A stretch of 64,000 bases of DNA from Bacteroidia bacterium (lineage in GTDB: Bacteria > Bacteroidota > Bacteroidia > SpSt-205), in NCBI GenBank assembly GCA_025059535.1, contig JANXCX010000006.1:10913-74912 (forward strand), written 5' to 3'. This document shows, piece after piece, positions 48,914 through 57,745 of this stretch (position 1 is the stretch's first letter; each line of letters begins with the position of its first letter). A program made the position numbers and the translations under genes. The notes under the pieces were generated by a model. It searched no databases, was not told where the DNA came from, and saw only the letters and a program-made list of their open reading frames with translations.

Positions 48914-49990
48914 CTAAGAGTAAGAGCGTCCTTTCCAGCTAAACGAAGGGCGTACAAGGGCAATAAGAGCCAGCAAGGTCATATAGAGAGGATAAGCTAT
49001 CGCCGTAAAGAGCCAGGCCTTCCAAGAGGGCAAAGGACTGCGCATCTGACAAAAACTGCGATAGGCTATCCAGATTTGACCGGCATTTAGGCTGAGCCAA
49101 GCCAAAGCCGTGGGGAGCGGATACAGGAAGAGGCCTAGAAGAAGGCCCATTTGAGCCAGGGCTACCAAACGCAGGCCCCATGGCGTCCAGAAAGTGGGAT
49201 ACATCCGCCGCTTGGAAAGCCATCTGAGGCGCTGATGAAGGAGCGCCCGCCAGGTAGGGGCTGGATTCGTCGTAACGAGGGCAGGGCTAAAAGCAAGGGC
49301 TTCTTTCCCGTAATGAAGGCAAATCCGTTGTACGAGAAGGTCATCATCGCCGCTCGGGGAGGCATAGGCGGGGCCCCAGCCGCCTACCACTTCAAACGCC
49401 AGGCGGCGATAGGCTAAAAGCGCGCCATTGGCCGTGATCGGCTCGCCGCCCTGCCAACTGCCCGCCGTAAGCCCCATCAGGCCCGCCAGCTCAATTCGCT
49501 GAAACTCCCCCAACCACCCCCCCAGAGCCCTAAGCCGAACCCACCCCCCCACCACCTGAATGGCCGGATCCGTAAAATACGCCACTATATTAGCCACGGT
49601 GTCGGCCTCATGCTCCGTATCCGCATCCGTCGTAAGGATAATATCCGCCGTAGTGCGGCTAATCGCATGACGAAGCGCGGCTTTTTTGCCCTTTTCAGAG
49701 GGCGGCAGCTGGCAAGGGTAGATAAACGAATAGCGCGCCGCCCACGCACAGGCTACCTGCCAAGTATCATCTTCGCTGTGATCGTCTACAATCCAGATTT
49801 CGTCAGGCTGGCGGCTCTGACGAAGGAGGCTAGCTAAGCATATGGGTAAGTTCAAGGCCTCATTCCGAGCTGGGATAACTACCGCTACGCGTAAGGCGGG
49901 GAGAGAAGGGGCCGGCCGAAGGCGCCAGCGCCCCCACCGCCATAAAAGATACCCATAACCGCCCCATACTAAGAAGAGCAGGTAAAGCAT
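48914..49990 (-). CDS. Family 2 glycosyltransferase
   Basis: IPARNE, VDDHSED, TTDAD, SGDD, QR.RW, C-terminal WKGR. Confidence 0.9.
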   Translation of the reverse strand: MLYLLFLVWGGYGYLLWRWGRWRLRPAPSLPALRVAVVIPARNEALNLPICLASLLRQSRQPDEIWIVDDHSEDDTWQVACAWAARYSFIYPCQLPPSEKGKKAALRHAISRTTADIILTTDADTEHEADTVANIVAYFTDPAIQVVGGWVRLRALGGWLGEFQRIELAGLMGLTAGSWQGGEPITANGALLAYRRLAFEVVGGWGPAYASPSGDDDLLVQRICLHYGKEALAFSPALVTTNPAPTWRALLHQRLRWLSKRRMYPTFWTPWGLRLVALAQMGLLLGLFLYPLPTALAWLSLNAGQIWIAYRSFCQMRSPLPSWKAWLFTAIAYPLYMTLLALIALVRPSFSWKGRSYS

Positions 49991-50008
49991 TTTTGTACCT
50001 TTGAGCTA

Positions 50009-50593
50009 ATGGCAAAGGTAGAAATGGAGGTTGTGGGCCTCCACCGCTCGCCTACGGAATCTTACAACGCCTTCATTCTTGTACTCAAGGAGCGGTATGG
50101 CGCGCGCCGTCTACCCATTGTGATTGGTCTGCCCGAGGCCCACGCCATCAATATCCACATGGAAAAAATCCAGCATCCCCGCCCCCTTACCCATGACCTC
50201 TTTGTAAATGTAATGAACGAGCTGAATGTGCGCCTCTTAGAGGTGGTGATTCACAAGCTACAGGACTCTACCTTCTTTGCCTACCTGCTTTTGGAAAACA
50301 GTGAGGGCCAAGTGGTGGAGGTAGATTGCCGGCCAAGTGATGGCGTGGCTTTAGCGCTGCGGGCTCAAGCCGCCATTTTCTGCGAAGAAGAAGTGCTTCA
50401 GAAAGCGGGTCAGCCTGGTCCAGAGGAAGAAGAGTCGTCGCCCCCTCGCCGTGCCCCGCGTAGCGTATCTGCACTACGCGAAGAGCTGCAAAGGCAGCTG
50501 GAAGAGGCCCTAGCCCAAGAAGATTATGAAAAAGCTGCAGAGATTCGAGACAAGCTCAAAAAGTTAGGGTTGGGCGGTTCCGAATCCACTTGA
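50009..50593 (+). CDS. Bifunctional nuclease (DUF151) with UVR domain
   Basis: LPIVIG..EA, PRPLTHDL, D.RPSD.VALA, EDYEKAAEIRD. Confidence 0.92.
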   Translation: MAKVEMEVVGLHRSPTESYNAFILVLKERYGARRLPIVIGLPEAHAINIHMEKIQHPRPLTHDLFVNVMNELNVRLLEVVIHKLQDSTFFAYLLLENSEGQVVEVDCRPSDGVALALRAQAAIFCEEEVLQKAGQPGPEEEESSPPRRAPRSVSALREELQRQLEEALAQEDYEKAAEIRDKLKKLGLGGSEST

Positions 50594-51867
50594 TGCAGGC
50601 GCTCTTAGGTATCCCGATGCTGCTGGCGGTAGCGTGGCTCTTTGCCGAACGGCGCCAGCCTATCATGTATCGCGTACTGCTTGGCGGGCTTTTCCTTCAA
50701 GCCCTCGTAGGCTTACTCATTTTGCGCGTGCCAGGCACCCACGAAGCCTTCAAATGGCTTAGCCGCGCCTTTGTCAAACTGCTAGACTTTTCTCATGAAG
50801 GTTCCCTCTTCCTCTTTGGCAACCTCGTAAAACCTGAATACGCCCAGACCTTCGGCTACATATTCGTTCTTCAAGTACTTCCAACCGTAGTGTTTTTTGC
50901 GGCTTTGACTTCGGCCCTGTATCACTTGGGGGTACTCCAGCGGGTAGTACAGGCCGTAGCTTGGGTTATGCGACGGACCCTAGGCACCTCAGGCCCCGAG
51001 AGCCTCTGCGTAGCCTCTAATATTTTTCTGGGGCAGACCGAAGCCCCACTGCTCATTCGGCCGTTTTTAGCGGGGCTCTCACGTTCAGAACTCTTAGCGG
51101 TGATGGTAGGCGGCATGGCTACCCTAGCTGGGGGGGTTCTAGCGGCCTATGTAGGCTTTTTAGGCGGTCAAGACTCTAGCCTGCGCCAGCAATACGCGCT
51201 CCACCTTCTGACGGCCTCAGTTATGAATGCCCCAGCGGCCCTGATTTTCGCTAAGCTTCTCCTACCAGAAACCGATAAGAGCGTATTGAGTAAGCCTTTG
51301 CAGGTGCCACCGGCTGTGCGCGCGACCAACCTCTTGGAAGCTCTGGCGCAAGGGGCAGCGGATGGGGTGCGCCTAGCGGCCAATATCGCCGCTATGCTCT
51401 TAGCCTTTATCGCTACGATCGCCCTGCTAAACTACCTCCTTTACAAGGTGGGGGCCTGGCTTCACCTGAATCCCTGGATAGTCCACAGCTCGGCTGGCGT
51501 ATATTCGGGCCTTTCTTTGGAATGGCTTCTGGGACAGGCCTTCCGCCCTATCGCTTGGCTAGTAGGCGTAGAATGGCGGGAAAGCCTGAGTGTAGGCGCC
51601 CTCATAGGCCAAAAGGTAGTCCTAAACGAATTCATCGCCTACACTCGCCTCGCCTCCATGCCAGCGCTAAGTGAGAAAGCGCGCATTTTGGCTACTTATG
51701 CGCTGAGCGGCTTTGCTAATTTCAGCTCTATAGCGATTCAGCTGGGGGGTATTGGCACCCTTGTGCCGCATAGGCGTGGCGAGCTGGCCGAATTAGGTCT
51801 GCGGGCCGTCCTCGGTGGTACCCTAGCCTCGCTTCTTTCCGCCGCCTGGGCTAGCCTTCTGATATGA
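50593..51867 (+). CDS. NupC/CNT nucleoside transporter
   Basis: VLPTVVFF, NIFLGQTEAPL, NEFIAY, FANFSSIAIQLGG. Confidence 0.94.
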   Translation: MQALLGIPMLLAVAWLFAERRQPIMYRVLLGGLFLQALVGLLILRVPGTHEAFKWLSRAFVKLLDFSHEGSLFLFGNLVKPEYAQTFGYIFVLQVLPTVVFFAALTSALYHLGVLQRVVQAVAWVMRRTLGTSGPESLCVASNIFLGQTEAPLLIRPFLAGLSRSELLAVMVGGMATLAGGVLAAYVGFLGGQDSSLRQQYALHLLTASVMNAPAALIFAKLLLPETDKSVLSKPLQVPPAVRATNLLEALAQGAADGVRLAANIAAMLLAFIATIALLNYLLYKVGAWLHLNPWIVHSSAGVYSGLSLEWLLGQAFRPIAWLVGVEWRESLSVGALIGQKVVLNEFIAYTRLASMPALSEKARILATYALSGFANFSSIAIQLGGIGTLVPHRRGELAELGLRAVLGGTLASLLSAAWASLLI

Positions 51868-51894
51868 GGCTAACATACGCTACCTTCGCGCCGT

Positions 51895-52059
51895 ATGGCC
51901 CGTAAGCCTGACAAACGCGTTTATGTGCGCCTCAATCGGGCGCGCAAGCGAATCCAGCGCTGCCGCGTCTGGGCACCTATCCGAAAAACTCGGTCAAATG
52001 CCCTCCAAGAAGCCAACCTCAAACTTCTGAATAGCCTAAAGCAATTGCTTCAGCAATGA
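51895..52059 (+). CDS. Small basic hypothetical protein (54 aa, not in the ORF track)
   Basis: MARKPDKRVYVRLNRARKRIQRCRVWAPIRKTRSNALQEANLKLLNSLKQLLQQ; own TACCTTCG box (51881-51888); ATGA overlap with the next gene. Confidence 0.7.
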   Translation: MARKPDKRVYVRLNRARKRIQRCRVWAPIRKTRSNALQEANLKLLNSLKQLLQQ

Positions 52060-52988
52060 GTCGGCGGGTCCGGGTGGGACTCGTCGGTCTGGGTCACATG
52101 GGCCGCCTGCACCTGAAGCGCCTATTGGAGCTTCCCGCCGCCGAAGTCGTAGCGCTTTTTGATACCGACTCAGCCGTAGTGCAGGCGCTGCAGGCCCAGG
52201 GCTTGCCCGTGGTGCCTTCTTACGAAGCCCTTTTAGAGGCCAGTGAAGCGGTAATTATCGCTTCCCCCACCCCTACGCATGCGGCCTACGCCGAAGCCGC
52301 CCTGCGCACCCGGCGCCATGTCCTGATTGAGAAGCCTGTTACGACGAGCCTAGAAGCCCTAGAGCGGCTCCTCACCCTCCAAGACGAAGCCGGCGTCGTG
52401 GCCTTAGTAGGGCATATAGAACGCTTCAATCCAGCTTTTCAAGCCTTATGGCCTCTGCGCCAGCAATTTCACCACTTTAGCTTTGAGCGCTTGGCTCCCT
52501 GGACCCCCCGCGGGAGTGAGGTCTCCGTAGTACTGGACCTCTTAGTGCATGATTTAGACCTTTTCTGGGCTCTTACGGAGGGGTGCATAGCGGATCTGCG
52601 AGCGGTAGCCTATCGCACCTTCACCGAAAAGGCCGATACGGTACAAGTCTGGATAGACCTCGTAGATGGACGCGGCGCAAGCTTTAGCATAAGTCGGAAT
52701 GCGCCCTATCGTCAGCGGCGCTTTTTAGCCCATGGCCCTACCCTTTGGGCCGAGGCGAACCTCCTCACGCGCACCGTGCAACTGTGGGATATTACCTCAA
52801 ATCCCCCCCAGTCCTTGCCGCTCCCCATACCCCACGCCGATGCCCTACAGGCAGAGCTGGAACACTTTTTGCAGGTCATCACTGAGGGTCTAGCTTCCCC
52901 TCTGTCCTTGGAACATGTATATGGCGTCATGCTATGGGCGTGGAAAGTGGAAGCGCTGGCTGAGCAGCGTTTGGTGTTTGCTCCTTAG
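52056..52988 (+). CDS. Gfo/Idh/MocA oxidoreductase
   Basis: GLVGLGHMG, LIEKP, GHIERFNP, DLLVHDLD. Confidence 0.92.
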   Translation: MSRRVRVGLVGLGHMGRLHLKRLLELPAAEVVALFDTDSAVVQALQAQGLPVVPSYEALLEASEAVIIASPTPTHAAYAEAALRTRRHVLIEKPVTTSLEALERLLTLQDEAGVVALVGHIERFNPAFQALWPLRQQFHHFSFERLAPWTPRGSEVSVVLDLLVHDLDLFWALTEGCIADLRAVAYRTFTEKADTVQVWIDLVDGRGASFSISRNAPYRQRRFLAHGPTLWAEANLLTRTVQLWDITSNPPQSLPLPIPHADALQAELEHFLQVITEGLASPLSLEHVYGVMLWAWKVEALAEQRLVFAP

Positions 52989-53802
52989 CTGTTCCTCGCC
53001 TAAGGCGCTACCACCTGCCTACCTCCAGCTGGACTCGGCACGCGTAGTTTTAGACCGCGACACCCTCCAAATAGAAGCACCGATAGATGCATGGGTTTAT
53101 CCCCAAGGGCGCTTCTTAGGGGTGGTAGAACCGCAGGAATACCTCCCTATTGTGCCCGCTGAGCAACAGCCTATCCTGCTGGCTGGAGGGGTACGGGTGA
53201 ATGGCCTCAGTGCCCTCCGCCGTCCCTACCCTTTCTGGCAGTTTGACACCCTGCCCTTCGCCTTAGCCCCTGAACAAACCTACACCTACCGGCCTACGTA
53301 TACCTATTTCGCCGATACCCTTTTAGAATACCTTCTGCGAGAGGATTTTGAAAGTCCCCAGCTAGCGCTTCGGGTCTTACCTGGAACGCCGCCGGGCCGC
53401 GCTACCCTACGTCGGCTGCCTAACCAGCCTCGACGCGGCTTCTGGGCCGCCGAAATTAGCCTACCCCCCGCCACCACCTTTGAGGCCGAAACCGCCACCC
53501 CCTTTGAGTTTCCTAAAAACGAACTCTGGGCCGAAATTTCCCTCCGCGGGGATAGAAACTTAGGAATAGGCCTTACCGTGGAAAACCGCCAAACAGGGGC
53601 TTTGATAGAGCGGCAGGTACAGCTCATTCTCCGTCCTCCCGAAGAGGGGTGGGGTACATTTTATATTGACCTTTTGCCTTGGCTTCGTCAGAAAGGGACC
53701 CTATACCGCTACCGCCTCTACCTCACGAGCCAAAGCGATAGCACCCGCCCTGCTACCATTTACCTAGATGACCTCCGCCTGATAACCTTCCGGTCCGGAT
53801 GA
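52921..53802 (+). CDS. Hypothetical lipoprotein (start uncertain)
   Basis: LLLSC lipobox, PAYL, DAWVY, EDFE, IYLDDLRLI. Confidence 0.65.
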   Translation: MASCYGRGKWKRWLSSVWCLLLSCSSPKALPPAYLQLDSARVVLDRDTLQIEAPIDAWVYPQGRFLGVVEPQEYLPIVPAEQQPILLAGGVRVNGLSALRRPYPFWQFDTLPFALAPEQTYTYRPTYTYFADTLLEYLLREDFESPQLALRVLPGTPPGRATLRRLPNQPRRGFWAAEISLPPATTFEAETATPFEFPKNELWAEISLRGDRNLGIGLTVENRQTGALIERQVQLILRPPEEGWGTFYIDLLPWLRQKGTLYRYRLYLTSQSDSTRPATIYLDDLRLITFRSG

Positions 53803-55205
53803 GGCGGCAGCTTTTAGGTCTCTTCTTTGCGGCGACGGATTTCCTTCTGGCGTATGCAGGGTGGGTAGGGTTTTACTGGATACGACGGTTCTACCTCTAC
53901 AACGATCCAGCCACCACAGGCACGCTATGGGAATACCTTTGGGCGCCCCTTCTAGTGGCCTCCTACTGGGTGGTACTATATGGCCTGGAGGGCAGCTATA
54001 GCGACCCTATCCGCCAATCTATCCTCCGCGAGCTTTTCGCTCGGGCCTGGATTACTGCCTTGGGCAGCCTAGCCTTATTCTTCCTAGCCTTTTTGGATGA
54101 CCCTATCCCAAATTACAAGGCTTACCGGTTGGCTTTGGGCGGTTATTTAGGGTTACAATTAGGCTGTAGCTGGCTAGCCCTTCTGCTGCTTCGCCTAGGG
54201 CTGTTCCAGGTGCTGCGGCGGCGGCGACTTTTTTATTTTCCTACGGTGATTGTGGGAAATGGGCCGCGCGCCCTCCAGCTGATTAAGGAGCTTAGCACGC
54301 ATGGAAAGGAGCTGGGCTATGACCTGATAGGTTATATCACCCCCTCGGCCAATAGCCCAAATTTACTCCAAGGAAAGGCTAAAAAGCTGGGCAGTCTTGA
54401 GGATATGGACCGCATCCTGCAGCAGCGTCAGCCGCATTACCTCATCTTAGCCACAGAACCACAGGACGAGCACATTTTACCCCACGTCCTGGCTCAGGTA
54501 AATGGCTATCCCGTAGAGGTATACTTCGTACCAGCTTTGCGGGACGTACTGGCTGGAGGGGTGCGGTTAGGTAGTCCCATAGATATTCCACTGGTAGCGG
54601 TTTCGCCTGGCCCCCCCTCCCCATGGTATGAGGTCGTAAAGCGGGGCATGGACATAACCTTTTCCATTCTGGCGCTCATACTTCTAGCACCGCTTATGGC
54701 TATTATTGCGGTGCTGGTGCGGCTCTCTTCGCCAGGGCCTATTATATTTCGGCAGGAGCGGATCGGCAAGCATGGACGACCCTTCATCATGTATAAGTTC
54801 CGTACGATGTATCAGGATGCCGAAAAGGATGGGCCAGCGCTCAGTCGCACGGGCGACCCACGAATTACCCCTATTGGGCGCTGGCTGCGTAAGACGCGCT
54901 TAGATGAGCTGCCGCAATTCTGGAATGTGCTCAAGGGGGAGATGAGTCTCGTCGGGCCTCGGCCTGAGCGCCAGTACTATATTCAACAAATCGTTGCCCG
55001 CGCGCCCGAATACAAGCAGCTTCTCAAAATCCGCCCCGGTATTACCAGCCTCGGCATGGTACAATACGGCTACGCCTCCTCCGTAGAGGAAATGATAGAG
55101 CGCATGCGGTATGACCTTATCTACTTAGCCAACCGTTCGCTTCTGCTGGATATAAAGATTCTCTTCTACACGGTTCTGCGCGTCCTACAAGCACGCGGAA
55201 AGTAG
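53799..55205 (+). CDS. Polyprenyl-phosphate glycosyl-1-phosphate transferase (WcaJ/WbaP family)
   Basis: [40 protein letters not shown]. Confidence 0.94.
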   Translation: MRRQLLGLFFAATDFLLAYAGWVGFYWIRRFYLYNDPATTGTLWEYLWAPLLVASYWVVLYGLEGSYSDPIRQSILRELFARAWITALGSLALFFLAFLDDPIPNYKAYRLALGGYLGLQLGCSWLALLLLRLGLFQVLRRRRLFYFPTVIVGNGPRALQLIKELSTHGKELGYDLIGYITPSANSPNLLQGKAKKLGSLEDMDRILQQRQPHYLILATEPQDEHILPHVLAQVNGYPVEVYFVPALRDVLAGGVRLGSPIDIPLVAVSPGPPSPWYEVVKRGMDITFSILALILLAPLMAIIAVLVRLSSPGPIIFRQERIGKHGRPFIMYKFRTMYQDAEKDGPALSRTGDPRITPIGRWLRKTRLDELPQFWNVLKGEMSLVGPRPERQYYIQQIVARAPEYKQLLKIRPGITSLGMVQYGYASSVEEMIERMRYDLIYLANRSLLLDIKILFYTVLRVLQARGK

Positions 55206-55218
55206 TACTTTTGCCCCT

Positions 55219-55470
55219 GTGAAAAAGGGCATTCACCCGGAGTACCGCTTAGTCGTTTTCAAGGACGCTTCGGCGGATTTTGCCTTTCTTACGCGTTCCT
55301 GCGTCCGTACAAAGGAGACCATCATATGGGAGGATGGGAAGGAGTACCCTTTGGTGAAGCTGGAAATTTCCAGTGCCTCGCATCCCTTCTTTACAGGCAA
55401 GCAGAAGTTCGTAGATACGGCGCGGCGCGTGGATAAGTTTATGGCGCGTTACGCCAAAAAGTCTAAGTAG
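55219..55470 (+). CDS. rpmE2: 50S ribosomal protein L31 type B
   Basis: [29 protein letters not shown]; no Zn-binding Cys pairs; TACTTTTG at 55206-55213. Confidence 0.95.
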   Translation: MKKGIHPEYRLVVFKDASADFAFLTRSCVRTKETIIWEDGKEYPLVKLEISSASHPFFTGKQKFVDTARRVDKFMARYAKKSK

Positions 55471-55516
55471 CCTCTCTCAGGTGCCTACGATTGGGCCCGG
55501 GTTGTATCTTAAGAGG

Positions 55517-57742
55517 GTGCCGATCGTTGGGAAGCTTACGTTTACGGAAGAGGAGAAGCGGCATATTCTAAGGGCCTATAGGCGCCTTTTGCGGGCGTGT
55601 GCGGAATTTTTAGACCGTCCAGGCAAAGCAGAGCTGCGGCGCGCCTTTCGGCTTGCGCTGGAGCGCCACGGCGATATGCGACGGCGTACGGGTGAGCCCT
55701 ACATCCTGCACCCACTCGCCGTAGCCCACATCCTTGTAAAAGAAATCGGGCTCAAGGATAAAGGAGCGGTCATAGCGGCTCTGTTCCATGATCTGGTAGA
55801 GGATACGGATACCTCCCTAGAGCTGATTGCCCAGGAGTTTGGCCCTACGATAGCGCGCCTTGTAGAGGCCCTAACAAAGATTCAGCGGGTGCGCAGTCCC
55901 CTTGACTCCGAACAGGCTGAAACCTTTCGCAAAATTCTTCTTACTATGGCCGATGACATTCGCGTGGCCCTCATCAAGCTGGCTGACCGCCTGCATAATC
56001 TGCGCACCCTTCAGGGCCTCCACCCAGACAAGCAGGCAAAAATCTTAGCCGAAACCGAATACATCTACATACCGATAGCGCACCGCTTAGGGCTGTATGA
56101 AATCCGCAGTGAAATGGAGGATATTATTCTCCAGCTACGGGAGCCAGAGGCCTATCAGGAAATTGCCCAAAAGCTCCAAGAAACGGCACGGGAACGGGAG
56201 AAGTATATTCAACGGTTCATTCAGCCGATAGAAGAGCGCCTACGAGCCGAGCTGGCTGTGCCCTACAAAATAGAAAGTCGCATTAAAAGCCTTAGCTCCA
56301 TTTATCAGAAAATGAAACGGCAAGGGGTGCGATTTGAAGAGGTTTATGATATTTTTGCCGTACGCTTGATTTTGGATTCGCCACCCGAGACGGAGAAGGC
56401 GGACTGCTGGCGGGCCTATTCTATCGTTACCAGCCTGTACCGGCCTAATCTAAATAGGCTGCGCGATTGGATATCCCAGCCCAAACCCACGGGGTACGAG
56501 GCCTTGCATGTCACGGTTATGGGGCCAGAGGGGAAATGGGTGGAAGTACAGATTCGCTCACGCCGCATGCACGAAGCGGCGGAATACGGGCTCGTAGCGC
56601 ACTGGCGCTACAAGCAAGCCCAAAATGGCCGCTCTACTCCCCGCTCGGACGAAGCCCTAGAAGCCTGGCTCAACCGCATCCGAAGCCTACTGGAAAATCC
56701 CGAGCTCTCCAGTATAGACCTTCTAAGCGAACTTCATCCCGACATTACCCATGAGGAGGTGTATGTATTTACGCCAAAAGGGGACCTTAAGGTGCTGCCG
56801 GCGGGGGCTACAGTGCTGGACTTTGCTTATGAAATCCATTCAGAGATAGGCCGACATGCCATAGCGGCTAAAGTAAATGGCAAACCGGTTCTTTTGAATT
56901 ATGTATTGCAAAATGCCGATCAGGTGGAGGTTATTACAAGCGAACGGGCAGAACCTACGGAAGAGCAGCTGACATTTGTGCGCACGGGGCGGGCCCGCCT
57001 CAAGATTCGGGAGTACCTCAAGCAGCAGCGCCGCCAAGCGATTGAGAAGGGACGGGAAATTTTTGAGTGGCGTTTGCGGCATTTGGGCTTGCGGGCCGAT
57101 GACCCTATCATTCGGGAGCTTCTGTGGTACCTGCGCTTGCCTTCCCTAGAAGAGCTGTGGTACCGGCTGGGTACGCATGCGCTAGACCTGGCGCGTGTGC
57201 AAGAATTCATCCGACTCAAAAGGCTGGCCCAGCACACAAGCATCGTGGATCAGCTATCCCAACAGTTAGGTTTGCTCAGTGGGGCGCCCGAAGTAGGGCT
57301 AGAGGAAGAGCCGCATACCTATGCTACCTGCTGCTACCCTGTACCTTTTGACTCCATCATGGGGTATGTAAGTGCGGAGGGATTGGTAATTCATCGCACG
57401 ACCTGCAAGGAGATTCACCGGCTACTTTCCTTAGACGGCAGCAAGGTTCGCCCTTTACGCTGGACAGCTACCCCGCGCAAAACCTTCCTCGCCGCCCTCC
57501 TTTTAGAGGGGGAAGATCGCCAAGGTATGCTTTTAGATATTGTCAAGGTAATCTCGCTGCGCAAACGCAAAAATATCCGCTCTATCCGCATAGAGGGCAA
57601 AGCTTCTTACTTTCAAGGCATCATGGAGCTGTATGTGTATAACGAACAGGAGCTGGTAGGGATTATACGAGCCCTTTCAGAGGTGCGCGGCCTTCTGCGG
57701 GTACAACGCTACCAAGTAGGCCTGAATGGCCAAAACTTATAA
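55517..57742 (+). CDS. RelA/SpoT (p)ppGpp synthetase/hydrolase
   Basis: GEPYILHP, HD..ED, KLADRLHN, EVQIRS, TGS and ACT domains; start 55517 or 55481. Confidence 0.95.
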   Translation: MPIVGKLTFTEEEKRHILRAYRRLLRACAEFLDRPGKAELRRAFRLALERHGDMRRRTGEPYILHPLAVAHILVKEIGLKDKGAVIAALFHDLVEDTDTSLELIAQEFGPTIARLVEALTKIQRVRSPLDSEQAETFRKILLTMADDIRVALIKLADRLHNLRTLQGLHPDKQAKILAETEYIYIPIAHRLGLYEIRSEMEDIILQLREPEAYQEIAQKLQETAREREKYIQRFIQPIEERLRAELAVPYKIESRIKSLSSIYQKMKRQGVRFEEVYDIFAVRLILDSPPETEKADCWRAYSIVTSLYRPNLNRLRDWISQPKPTGYEALHVTVMGPEGKWVEVQIRSRRMHEAAEYGLVAHWRYKQAQNGRSTPRSDEALEAWLNRIRSLLENPELSSIDLLSELHPDITHEEVYVFTPKGDLKVLPAGATVLDFAYEIHSEIGRHAIAAKVNGKPVLLNYVLQNADQVEVITSERAEPTEEQLTFVRTGRARLKIREYLKQQRRQAIEKGREIFEWRLRHLGLRADDPIIRELLWYLRLPSLEELWYRLGTHALDLARVQEFIRLKRLAQHTSIVDQLSQQLGLLSGAPEVGLEEEPHTYATCCYPVPFDSIMGYVSAEGLVIHRTTCKEIHRLLSLDGSKVRPLRWTATPRKTFLAALLLEGEDRQGMLLDIVKVISLRKRKNIRSIRIEGKASYFQGIMELYVYNEQELVGIIRALSEVRGLLRVQRYQVGLNGQNL

Positions 57743-57745
57743 CTC

